From an uncultured bacterium (GTDB lineage: Bacteria > Acidobacteriota > HRBIN11 > JAKEFK01), in the NCBI GenBank assembly GCA_963777505.1, contig CAVZQN010000009.1, forward strand, positions 1 through 18,697: a stretch of DNA of 18,697 bases. Reading direction: 5' to 3'. Positions 1 through 8,977 of the stretch are shown piece by piece. The translations under genes were made by a program, and so were the position numbers. The notes under the pieces are model-generated. The model did not search any database and had not been told where the DNA came from. It worked only from the letters and a program-made list of their open reading frames with translations. Within the stretch, counting starts at the first letter, position 1; the number at the start of each line of letters is the position of its first letter.

Positions 1-749
1 GTATTTACCGGATGATCAGAAAGGGAAGCAGCCTGCGACGGGTCACAGTGCTTAAAACGGAATGGCACGCGCGATGTCATGTCATTTATGAAACGCGAGG
101 CATTGCTCCTGCGGCTGGTTTCGCTTCGAATGTAAGACCTTGCTCGTTCGCCTCGTGGCAGTTCCGATTACTCAGCAAAGGCGGTAGTGAAGTGTTAAAG
201 GCAAGTACATTGCCGAGATGCAGCGCGTACACTCGGTAGATCCCGATTGGAAAACCACATGGGGACTTGGCTTCGTAGTCAACGTAAAGACGATCAAACT
301 TTTGTTGGGCACTCCGGTGCGTGTCCCGGTTATTACACGTCTCTTGTAATGCTTCCGGAGAAAAAACTCGCGGCATTGTTATGGTCAATGCAATGAATAT
401 CAACACCTATGGAATCGCACAACAATTCCTGAAAATTGTTGGTAAAGCGGTCGATTCAAAAGAAACGAAAACAGCAAAACCAGAATTCGAAAAGTTTGCA
501 GGCCGCTACTGGAGTCCCTGGGGTGAAGCTATCATTCTTCCATGGAAAGATGGCCTCGCCAGCTTTGATCTGCCGACCGATGATCCGCTCGACAATTTGA
601 CTGAACTAAAACATATCGAAGGAAACACTTTTCGACGCGTTCGCAAAGATAGTTCCGACCTCGGTGAAGAAGTGCGTTTTGAAAGCAGTCCGGACGGAAA
701 AATAACAAAAGTTTGGTGGCATCAAAACTTCGCTACAAAAATGCAGTAA
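1..749 (+). CDS. Serine hydrolase, beta-lactamase/class C-like family, 3' part (5' end outside the window; several frameshifts)
   Basis: Joining frames gives ...ETRGIAPAAGFASNV-DLARFASWQFRLL...EMQRVH..DPDWKTTWGLGF...FVGHSGACPGYYTSLVMLPEKKL-GIVMVNA..., followed by the C-terminal domain of ORF 321-749. PAAG, WGLG and GHSG (HxG triad) are typical of this family. Several single-base indels lie in 1-375. Confidence 0.75.
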
Positions 750-753
750 TTTT

Positions 754-1529
754 TCAATCCTTACTCGCAGTTTTTTTACCCTTGCGATAATTTTTCGCAA
801 AGTATTCCAGTGCAGTACGAGTCTTCGTTTGCTGCGCTCCTGCTGGATTGAGTCCTATTTTTCGTAAATGCTTTTCAAATTCCTTTTGTGCACTTTGAGC
901 TTTTCCAGGCGGTACCTTAATCGACGCCTCTACAAGATCTTCACCATCAGGAAGTCTCCATTCTTCCGCTGTAAGTTCATAAGGAAATCCCTTATGTTTT
1001 AGTTTCCAGCGCAATACACGAATAGGACCAAGAACGCGAACATCATTGTAGTTGACTGAGCCTTTGTAGAATTCGATGAGAAAACGCTCCTGATCTTTTG
1101 AGAAGAGACTTCTGATTTCACGTTTGCCTTTTGCTACATCATCGATCTCGCCTCGATGTTGCGGAACTGTATGCGAAGCAGAGCAAACAACTCGTGGACC
1201 GACACAATCCGCTTCCAACTTAAAGCCATTCAATTTCTTCCACTCATTCGAAATCTTTTCTGGTTTCACAGGCCTGAACTTAACAGTAGAGTCATCCTCA
1301 TCACCTTTTACTAATCGCGCGCGTAATGCAACTCCAGAGTTGAACAGGTCGAGATGAACTGTGTCAAAAAAATATAGAATACGAACTTCCGCTGAGTCTT
1401 CGTTAGTTCTGATGCACGAAGAGCTTGGAGTTCTTGATCTGGCTTGACTGTTACTTTGATTTCAACTGCATCTAATAAAGTCTTAGCGCGCGAACGTTGT
1501 TGAGGTTTTTTAGGAACCTTCACAGTCAT
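754..1529 (-). CDS. CYTH/triphosphate-tunnel-like (adenylate cyclase-like) hypothetical protein, one frameshift near 1404
   Basis: ORF 1311-1529 (VEIKVT motif) joins ORF 754-1269 through a one-base shift, reading EDSAEVRILYFFDTVHLDLFNSGVALRARLVKGDEDDSTVKFRP. The ExK, YFDT, LRxR and TVK motifs are CYTH-like. The 776-nt span is one base short of 259 codons. RBS GGAGG precedes the ATG. Confidence 0.65.
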
Positions 1530-1693
1530 CTATGCCTCCTTAGTCTGCTAAGAGGCCGGCGGCAGTGTAATCCTTAATAGCTTTTTTGAACTGCGGCCAT
1601 TAGAAATAAGTGGCAATTTGTAACGATACCACCGGCCTTCATTTCAAGTTCAGCAAACGTGAGTGCTCAAATACATCAGAACGTTAATATCCA

Positions 1694-2899
1694 TTATTTA
1701 CGCAGTGATCTGAACCCCGCGCGAACCTCTTCTGTGAAGAGCTTCGGCTGTTCCCAGGCGGCAAAGTGCCCGCCCTTGTCGAGCTTATTGAAATGGATCA
1801 GTTTGGGATACGCCTTCTCTGCCCAGCTCCGCGGCGCTTGGTAGAGCTCGTCCGGGAACACGCTTACGGCCGCCGGGATGTTGACGCCCTTGACGGTAAC
1901 GTAACTGTACGGGTTCTCCCGGTAGAGACGACCGGAGGAGACGCCCGTGTTCGTCAACCAGAAGTGGGTGCAGTTGTCGAGGACGTCGTCTCGCGTCAGG
2001 CCTTCGGGCACGCCTTCAAAGGACCGCGCAATCAGTTCGAGGCTGCGCGGGTCGTGGTCGAGCAGCCAGGCAGCCAGGCCGACTGGTGAATCCGCGATGG
2101 CGTATAGCGTTTGCGGGCGCGACGCCATGTAGAAGGCGTACTGAACGTTCTTGTAGGTGAACGCCAGCATGTCGCACGCGAGCTTCTCGTCGGGAGAGAG
2201 ACCTGAAGGCAGCGGACTGCCAGCCCCGATGAGCTTGTCGATTTCAGGTGGGACTGTGCCAGGAAAGTTTGTGTGTATGCCGATCAATCCCGGCGGAGCC
2301 TGTACGGCCATCAGGTCCGTTACGACCCCGCCCCAGTCACCGCCTGACGCCACGTAGCGTGCGTAGCCTAGACGATTCATCAACACCACCCAGGCGCGGG
2401 CGATGCGGTCGGGGCCCCAACCAGTCGAGGTTGGCTTTCCTGAGTATCCATACCCAGGCATCGACGGGACGACGACATGGAACGCGTCCGATGCGATTCC
2501 ACCGTGTGCTGTCGGATTGGTCAGCGGCTCGATGATCTTGAGCTGTTCGACTATTGAGCCAGGCCAGCCATGAGTGATAATGATCGGGAGGGCGTTCTCG
2601 TGTTTCGAGCGAGCATGAATGAAGTGAATGTCCAGCCCATCGATCTCGGTGATGAATCCCGGGAAGGCGTTAAACCTCGCTTCGCACTTGCGCCAGTCGT
2701 ACTCCTTTCCCCAATAGCGCTGAAGCTTCTCGATCGTCGCGAGTGGCACTCCCTGCGACATGTCTGCGACGGGTTCTTTCTCAGGCAACCGCGTGGCATT
2801 GATGCGCCGAAGCATATCGGCCAGTTCCGCTTCCGGAACTTTCACACTAAACGGACGAATCGCGTTCTTCTCTGTAGCTTGCTCATTACTTTGTGTCAT
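1694..2899 (-). CDS. Epoxide hydrolase (EHN N-terminal domain plus alpha/beta hydrolase fold)
   Basis: IRPF..YDWR N-terminus, HGWP oxyanion motif, SMPGYGYS, GGDWG nucleophile and GGHFAAWEQP catalytic His. Intact 401-aa ORF with an AAGGGAG RBS. Confidence 0.93.
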   Translation of the reverse strand: MTQSNEQATEKNAIRPFSVKVPEAELADMLRRINATRLPEKEPVADMSQGVPLATIEKLQRYWGKEYDWRKCEARFNAFPGFITEIDGLDIHFIHARSKHENALPIIITHGWPGSIVEQLKIIEPLTNPTAHGGIASDAFHVVVPSMPGYGYSGKPTSTGWGPDRIARAWVVLMNRLGYARYVASGGDWGGVVTDLMAVQAPPGLIGIHTNFPGTVPPEIDKLIGAGSPLPSGLSPDEKLACDMLAFTYKNVQYAFYMASRPQTLYAIADSPVGLAAWLLDHDPRSLELIARSFEGVPEGLTRDDVLDNCTHFWLTNTGVSSGRLYRENPYSYVTVKGVNIPAAVSVFPDELYQAPRSWAEKAYPKLIHFNKLDKGGHFAAWEQPKLFTEEVRAGFRSLRK

Positions 2900-3227
2900 T
2901 TTCTTATCTCCCTTTTGATTGGTTTTGGGTTTTAGGTTTCTGCGCGGCTAAGGAAACGAACGCAGCGATAAGAACGCCGAGCGGATCTCTTCTAGAAAAG
3001 CAATGAAATGAAAATGTTGATCTACTTAACGCTGTGACCTACAAAAATAAGAAAGGTAGGATGGCGCGCATTAGACACTTGTGACCCTGAATTTTAAGAT
3101 CACTTAGTAACGCTATCAAAAAGTGCTTCTAGACAATATTGGACTTTAGTCCCATATCGCATGACATCATTTATTAAAGTATTACAGCTTGTGTGTTCCG
3201 TAAATTCAACTAATTATGTGGGCTTAA

Positions 3228-3264
3228 TTTGCCAAATAGCAAAAACGGTTTGCTGATTGGCAAA
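3228..3264. promoter_or_regulatory. Imperfect palindrome, candidate enhancer (UAS) for a sigma54 activator
   Basis: TTTGCCAA-AT-AGCAAA-aacgg-TTTGCT-GA-TTGGCAAA, located about 50-90 bp upstream of the sigma54 box. Confidence 0.5.
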
Positions 3265-3314
3265 ACGATCGACTTCTATCTCCTTTCCACACTCGTTATA
3301 AGTTGCCTCTCGAT

Positions 3315-3331
3315 TTGGCATGAGCGTTGCA
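3315..3331 (+). promoter_or_regulatory. Sigma54 (RpoN) -24/-12 promoter
   Basis: TTGGCATGAGCGTTGCA has exact GG-N10-GC spacing and differs by one base from the TGGCACG-N4-TTGCW consensus. It is followed by the RBS AGGAGG (3344-3349) and an ATG at 3359. Confidence 0.75.
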
Positions 3332-3358
3332 AATGCTGACAGAAGGAGGGTCATCGCC

Positions 3359-4522
3359 ATGTTTAGAGTCGGAATTAATTCAGCTCCAAGGATCGTATCA
3401 AAGGAAATCACTGAAGCGCAGGAAGCTCCATCACAAACGACAGAACAACAAGTTGTGCCAGCGGAATCCAAATTTGTACAAAAAGGGAATTCATCGATTC
3501 GAAGTGAAGCGATGTTTTCAGCAACGGCAATCCGAGCTCAGCTCAGTCAGCAGCTTACATTAAAAGAGTCAATGAAATTGAACCCGGAGCCGCTTCAAAA
3601 TCTGGAACAATCGGATCGTTTAGCCTTAACTTCGGAACAGGTGAATCGAGAAATCAATACTCCACTCGAATACGATTCAGGCAATCGTTTCAACAAGACA
3701 ACTCTGGAGAATGCCAACGTTCCGTCGTTAAATACTCTTTATACAGGATCGGGCGATGACAATGTGTTTATTCAGCATAATAAAAGTGATGACCTCGTGT
3801 ATGTTTCAGTGAATGGGAAAGAGGCCTGGAAGGGAACGTATGAACAGTTTTCGAAATTAACCATCGATACGGGCGATGGAAAGGACTTCGTATCAATCAA
3901 TACCACTGTAGCGAACGTTGTTACTGGCAGCGGAGATGATTTTGTAATGGTTGGATCTATAAGTCGTCAGGTTGATACAGAAACCGAAATAAAAATCAAT
4001 ACGGGCAGCGGTAATGATGCAGTAGAGAATTATGTATCCTCTGCCACCATTCAAACCGGCGATGGAATCGATAGCGTATACAATTTGGGTAATAAGACCA
4101 CTATCGACACTGGTGAGGGACAAGACAGAGTTTACAACGAAGGCAACATGAATCGGATTGAAACTGGAAATGGAAACGACCAAGTTCAAAACTATGGCAG
4201 TGACAACGAGATCCGTACTGCCTCTGGAAACGACCAAGTTTATAACTATGGCAGTGACAACGAAATTCGTACTGGCTCTGGAGACGATATGGTATACAAC
4301 CAGGGGGCGATCTTAGTCCAAGATCCAGTTGAGGCAATTTGGAATTATGCGGAAGGCGGTGGGGGCGACCGCAATATAATTGACACCGGTGACGGAAACG
4401 ATGCTGTTTCTTTTAGCTTATACGCAGATGACAACCTCGTTTCGACAGGATCTGGTGATGATTTCGTTGTTGATCATGGATCACTTAATCAAGTCGATAC
4501 CGCCGTGGAAGAGGATTCATAA
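3359..4522 (+). CDS. RTX/hemolysin-type calcium-binding repeat (beta-roll) protein
   Basis: About 12 (I/V)xTGxGxDxV repeats in the C-terminal two thirds and no Sec signal peptide. I moved the start from 3320 to 3359 because of the AGGAGG RBS and because the ATG at 3320 lies inside the sigma54 box. Confidence 0.75.
   Translation: MFRVGINSAPRIVSKEITEAQEAPSQTTEQQVVPAESKFVQKGNSSIRSEAMFSATAIRAQLSQQLTLKESMKLNPEPLQNLEQSDRLALTSEQVNREINTPLEYDSGNRFNKTTLENANVPSLNTLYTGSGDDNVFIQHNKSDDLVYVSVNGKEAWKGTYEQFSKLTIDTGDGKDFVSINTTVANVVTGSGDDFVMVGSISRQVDTETEIKINTGSGNDAVENYVSSATIQTGDGIDSVYNLGNKTTIDTGEGQDRVYNEGNMNRIETGNGNDQVQNYGSDNEIRTASGNDQVYNYGSDNEIRTGSGDDMVYNQGAILVQDPVEAIWNYAEGGGGDRNIIDTGDGNDAVSFSLYADDNLVSTGSGDDFVVDHGSLNQVDTAVEEDS
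4171..4278 (+). repeat. 54-bp tandem duplication (2 x 18 aa) inside the RTX-like gene
   Basis: TGGAAACGACCAAGTT...AACTATGGCAGTGACAACGA.AT.CGTACTG.CTC starts at both 4171 and 4225, encoding GNDQVQNYGSDNEIRTAS / GNDQVYNYGSDNEIRTGS. Confidence 0.9.
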
Positions 4523-4578
4523 GAGCTTGTTTAAAATTCATCATCTCCGCGTCTTTGCGGTGATAACCGTGTAGTAAA

Positions 4579-6342
4579 ATGATGCTGATGTTTTCATCAG
4601 CATTCTGGCGAAAGTTTTACTTCTTTGCGTTGCCGCTCGCCGTCGTGCTTACGATCCGTAATGCGCTGATGGATTTCCACTGGGGGTTAGCGCCTTCGCT
4701 GCAACTGACATTCAAGTACAACGCGATTGTCTGGGGTTTGTGGCTCTTGATCGCGCCGTGCCTGATCCGCCTGTTCCCACGAATCATCGCGCTCCCGAAA
4801 CAATATCGCTGGCCGATCCTTGTATTGCTTCCGCCTGTCACAGCCCTTTTGCACGTATTGATTCATCATTATTTATACGGGAGCAGGTTCCGTTTTATCC
4901 AGATTGGCTGGGGTGACTTTTACGTGACCGTACTTCTGTTTGCCTGTTATGCAGCAAAATTGCACGAAGATCGATTGCAAGCAGAGCAGGAATCCGCAGA
5001 ACTGGAGGCGCGGATCCAGCAGGTGGAACTGGCAAATATCCGGAACCGGCTCGATCCGGAATCGATCTATCAAACGCTAAGATCGGCTGCAAAACGTATC
5101 GATAACGATCCGGAAGCAGCGGATTTGCAGCTCTCGCGCTTAGGGGAACACTTGCGTTCCTTGCTGCGCGATTCTTTGGTTTACTTGAAGGATTCCATCC
5201 CGCGAAAGGAAAAAGAGTCTCCGAAGGATTTCGTCAATACACAATTGGTACGATGGGTCGCATTGTTGTGGATACTTCTGGGAGGCGCAATGGTGCTGGC
5301 GAGTCTTCTCGATCGGTGGTTTGTGTACTCCGTTGCTGTCAATTGGAAACAAATGTTTCGACTGTGGATTAGCTGGGTTGCATGTGCTGTATGGAGTCCC
5401 GCAATTTTCTGGATCAATCGAAATTATCCACTGACTCCCTTCCGAATCCGGCATGTAGCGATCCATCTGGTTTCTTGCCTTTACTTCCAATTCACAATCG
5501 GTTCTTGTTTGAATCTGATGGCGTTTGGATTCGAAAATTTTGTGGCCAGAATGCCAAGCATCTTCTACGGCGGGCTTTTCGTGGGTTTCAAATTTGATGT
5601 TTATGTCGCCATTTTGGTCCTTGGAATCCTGGTAGAGCGGTACAAAAAAAAGGCAAACGAGCGTCTTCGTGCTGCAAAGCTTGAGAGTACTTTGTTCCAT
5701 GCAGAACTCGATGCTCTTCGGATGCAGCTTCATCCGCACTTTCTTTTTAATGCGCTGAATTCCATCATCGAACTTCTGCATGAGAATCCGGAGCGGGCAA
5801 AGTCCTTGCTGCTGCGGCTCGAACAGTTTCTGGCAATGACATTGAACGCAGGGCAGGAACAGCAGATTTCACTTCGGCGCGAACTGGATTTCGTGGAATG
5901 CTACCTGGAAATGCAGAAAGTTCGGTTCCCGAAACGTCTTTCGATTCGCGTGGACATCGATCCTACAACGTCCGATTCGCGTGTTCCGGCTTTGCTGTTG
6001 CAGCCTTTAGTGGAAAACGCAGTTCGTCATGGAGTGGCTCGCAGCATGGAAGCAGGAGAGATCCGGATTCGGACAGAATCGAAAGGCAAGGTGCTTCGAC
6101 TTTCGGTGGAAAATACTTGTCCCATGGTAGGCCGCGAATCGGAAGTCAGCAAAGGCGTCGGGCTTACAAACACTCGCAAACGGCTCGAATACCTGTATGG
6201 CACTCAATATAGTATGGCGATGCAGCGCCTCGACTCCGGAGATATGTCCGTTACGATCGATCTGCCTATTTCTCGGATCCCCGCATCTCCCTTCAAGGAC
6301 ACAACGCAGATTTTTCAGACTGCGTTGTTGCCGATTGAATAG
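4579..6342 (+). CDS. LytS/YehU-family membrane sensor histidine kinase with a duplicated N-terminal sensor/pseudo-DHp module
   Basis: LRMQLHPHFLFNALNSI H-box, ELDFVECYLEMQKVRF, LLQPLVENAVRHG N-box and GVGLTN G-box. Two blocks of transmembrane helices, each followed by a His_kinase-like helical region. Confidence 0.92.
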   Translation: MMLMFSSAFWRKFYFFALPLAVVLTIRNALMDFHWGLAPSLQLTFKYNAIVWGLWLLIAPCLIRLFPRIIALPKQYRWPILVLLPPVTALLHVLIHHYLYGSRFRFIQIGWGDFYVTVLLFACYAAKLHEDRLQAEQESAELEARIQQVELANIRNRLDPESIYQTLRSAAKRIDNDPEAADLQLSRLGEHLRSLLRDSLVYLKDSIPRKEKESPKDFVNTQLVRWVALLWILLGGAMVLASLLDRWFVYSVAVNWKQMFRLWISWVACAVWSPAIFWINRNYPLTPFRIRHVAIHLVSCLYFQFTIGSCLNLMAFGFENFVARMPSIFYGGLFVGFKFDVYVAILVLGILVERYKKKANERLRAAKLESTLFHAELDALRMQLHPHFLFNALNSIIELLHENPERAKSLLLRLEQFLAMTLNAGQEQQISLRRELDFVECYLEMQKVRFPKRLSIRVDIDPTTSDSRVPALLLQPLVENAVRHGVARSMEAGEIRIRTESKGKVLRLSVENTCPMVGRESEVSKGVGLTNTRKRLEYLYGTQYSMAMQRLDSGDMSVTIDLPISRIPASPFKDTTQIFQTALLPIE

Positions 6343-6345
6343 CTG
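6276..6345. repeat. 70-bp direct repeat, copy A (further copies at 7665-7735 and 8969-9025)
   Basis: GATCCCCGCATCTCCCTTCAAGGACACAACGCAGATTTTTCAGACTGCGTTGTTGCCGATTGAATAGCTG. It encodes the kinase C-terminus on + and a propeller-gene 3' end (..QSEKSALCP*) on -. Confidence 0.95.
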
Positions 6346-6363
6346 GACAACTCCTACGATCCA

Positions 6364-7659
6364 CTAAGGACATTCTGTGGAAAGACTGAAAGGAAAATTC
6401 GTCGAACGAATATTAAGTGTCGCGGTATGAAATTCGGCGCTTAGATTATTGAGTGGAAAATCAGACCAGGAGAAAGGAGCATTCGAATTCCTGACCGGAA
6501 TCGTTGGCAGTCCGGAGCAACTGGTGGATCCTGTAAGCGGAAGCTCTACCAGGGTTACATCTTCTAAGGTTGTGTTGAAACCAACGCAACCGGCAGAAAC
6601 AATCGATTCAGAGTCAGCAGATTTCACTGCATTGGAGAATGCAGTTGACCTTTGATTCACTTCATAGCTTCTTTTCCATTTCACGGCGCCCGTTTTTGAG
6701 ATTTTCAGGACCACACCTTTCGTCAGTGATGCGTCCGGGTCGAACGCATTACCTGATAGCATGAAACTCTCGTCATCCAGAACAAACCCTGGACGAAGGC
6801 TCAAAGTATGTCCGGATATGCCGAAACTTTTCGTCCATAGCCTGCGATCCTGATCGTCAAAGCGAGCAATGAAGGTCTTGCCCGCTGCGGCTTGTTGGAG
6901 TGGGGCAAGGTAACCGAGAATGTAGCCTCCCGGACCGGGAAGATAAAACAAGCCTAACGAGTCGGCCGTCTCCGCAACACGTGACCATAAAACGTTTCCA
7001 GTTCTATCCAATCGAATCCAGAGCGCACGCATTTCGCTCTGGACTTCCGTGCTCGTTGGAATCACAAAGGAATGATCATTCAGGATTGCAATTTCTTCCC
7101 CCACGTGTTCCAGACCATTTGTTCCGATCACTTTTCGCCACAGCAGTGCACCTGCCCGCGAGAATCTCGCCACAAACAGATCCACATCAGTCGTCGAAGA
7201 AAAACGGTGCCCTGCTGCAATGATGCTGCCATCATTCAAGACTCTGACCATTCGAAATTCATCATCTTCGGGCGTTCCGAGAGTTTTTTTCCACACCAAA
7301 CGCCCTGTCCCGCTGAATTTTGCAATCCATCCATCGGTTCCGTTGGATGGAGTAACTATGCTTCCAACAACAGCGAAGCCATTATCACTTGTCACAGCCA
7401 CTGACCAGGGTATGAGAGCTCCATCGGCCGTGATCTTTTTCGTTGTCAGTATTGTTCCATCAGCGTTTAAAAGCATGAAAATGAGACTGCCCGAACTGTC
7501 GCGGATGGCGAGACCAACTTTTCCAGAACCATTCGTTCCGACTTCACCGGCGCACTGACGGCCGTCAGCGATGAAAGATGTAATCTGATCGGCATTGGCT
7601 AGAGTATGTGCAATCAAAAAGAATACAAATAACAATGTCAGAAAGTTCGTTCTAAACAT
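6364..7659 (-). CDS. Secreted beta-propeller-like repeat protein, paralogue 1 (divergent)
   Basis: Signal-peptide-like MFRTNFLTLLFVFFLIAHTLANA and ~50-aa repeats of the type GxLxWKKxLGT..D. It ends in CP like the other two paralogues. The ATG at 7659 is preferred to 7692, which overlaps the upstream gene. Confidence 0.75.
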   Translation of the reverse strand: MFRTNFLTLLFVFFLIAHTLANADQITSFIADGRQCAGEVGTNGSGKVGLAIRDSSGSLIFMLLNADGTILTTKKITADGALIPWSVAVTSDNGFAVVGSIVTPSNGTDGWIAKFSGTGRLVWKKTLGTPEDDEFRMVRVLNDGSIIAAGHRFSSTTDVDLFVARFSRAGALLWRKVIGTNGLEHVGEEIAILNDHSFVIPTSTEVQSEMRALWIRLDRTGNVLWSRVAETADSLGLFYLPGPGGYILGYLAPLQQAAAGKTFIARFDDQDRRLWTKSFGISGHTLSLRPGFVLDDESFMLSGNAFDPDASLTKGVVLKISKTGAVKWKRSYEVNQRSTAFSNAVKSADSESIVSAGCVGFNTTLEDVTLVELPLTGSTSCSGLPTIPVRNSNAPFSWSDFPLNNLSAEFHTATLNIRSTNFPFSLSTECP

Positions 7660-7664
7660 AGACT

Positions 7665-7735
7665 GATCCCCCGCATCCTCCTTCAAGGACACAACGCAGA
7701 TTTTTCAGACTGCATTGTTGCCGATTGAATAGCTG
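7665..7735. repeat. 70-bp direct repeat, copy B
   Basis: Near-identical to 6276-6345 and contains the stop codon of paralogue 2. Confidence 0.95.
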
Positions 7736-8953
7736 CTGTTTGATTGCGGAATGCTGCCGGAAGCACAGCGATCGAAAAATTTCTGAGCGTCATGGATGCT
7801 CCCGCTACAGAAATCGGTGCAGAAGTCATGCGGCTGCATCCTCCAGTATTGCCGGAAAGCGGAAGGTTCAAGGTCACCATGTCGCTTGCCTGCGTGTTCC
7901 ACCCGACGCATCCAGCAGCAAAAATGCTCCCATCGGTTTGCGGGACTGCGCCACTGATAGTGGATTGCGCAAGGTTTAGAGATCGCTTCCACTGCACTCC
8001 GCCGGTGCCGGAAATCTTCATCAGCACTCCTTTCAATGTCGATTGTGTAGATGCATTGCCCACCAGCACCAAACTTCCATCCGCATTTACGAAACCGTGA
8101 CTGAGAAACATCGAAGATCCAGAATGCGAATAAGACTTCGCCCACACCAATCGATCCGTTGCATCAAAACGGCTGATGTTTGTTTTTTCAAGTTGTCCTT
8201 GCTACATGCGGTCCCAGGCTTCCGAGATAGTACCCGCCGTTCGGATTCTCCATGTAAAAAACTCCGGCGAATTCCTTCGTGGATCCAACGCGCGCGCTCA
8301 GGACAGTGCCGCTCAAACTCAGCTTGATCCACAACGGTAAAAACGGGGACGATTCCTGTTCCAGCAGAAACCATCAACGCGGGTCCATTCGCGGAGGTGA
8401 TGGAGCTGCCGTGATCGAGGGAGGGAGTTCCAAGAACTTTTCTCCACAACAATGCGCCTCCCTTGGACAACCGTGCAATCAACAGGTCATACGAAGTAGA
8501 AGCGGAAATGCGATGTCCCAGCACCGCAATCGAGCCATCCTGCAATACAGTTACACCATGCAGTTCATCATTTTCGGCGGTGCCAAAAATCTTTTTCCAA
8601 ACGATGTTGCCGGCGGAACTCACCTTGAACACGATTGCATCCCTATCTCCGGAAGGCAGTGCAATTGCCCCCACAACAATAAATCCACCATCCGAAGTCG
8701 AGGCGATGTCCGAAGGGCTTATTGTTCCGCTGGAACTGAATCTCCTGTTGAATCTCAAACTCAGATCGGGATTGAAGAGCAACAGTCCCGCCACATTTTG
8801 ATCAATTACAAGTGTCGCGATCCTGCCATTGGCATCGATGGAAACATCCGCAGGACATTGGGATCCGGGCAGAACAAACTGGCTCAGCACATCTGCTGCT
8901 ACCGTATAGGAAACAAGTGTCAGTATGCATGCAAGAAATACGTAACGCGTCAT
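7683..8953 (-). CDS. Secreted beta-propeller-like repeat protein, paralogue 2 (two +1 frameshifts: sequencing error or recent pseudogene)
   Basis: ORFs 8087-8971 and 7683-8150 are collinear with paralogue 3 after removing one base in the A-run 8339-8343 and one near 8199. 1271 nt minus 2 = 423 codons. RBS GGAGGT precedes MTRYVF. Confidence 0.8.
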
Positions 8954-8977
8954 AAGTACACCTCCGTTCATCTCCCT

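Noticed and set aside
3030-3090. TGTGACC direct repeats and a CCTAC/GTAGG inverted repeat upstream of the epoxide hydrolase
   Set aside because: Short matches that could be an ECF promoter or operator but cannot be assigned from sequence alone.
4545-4563. REP-like half element CTCCGCGTCTTTGCGGTG
   Set aside because: Single short copy with no partner arm in the window.
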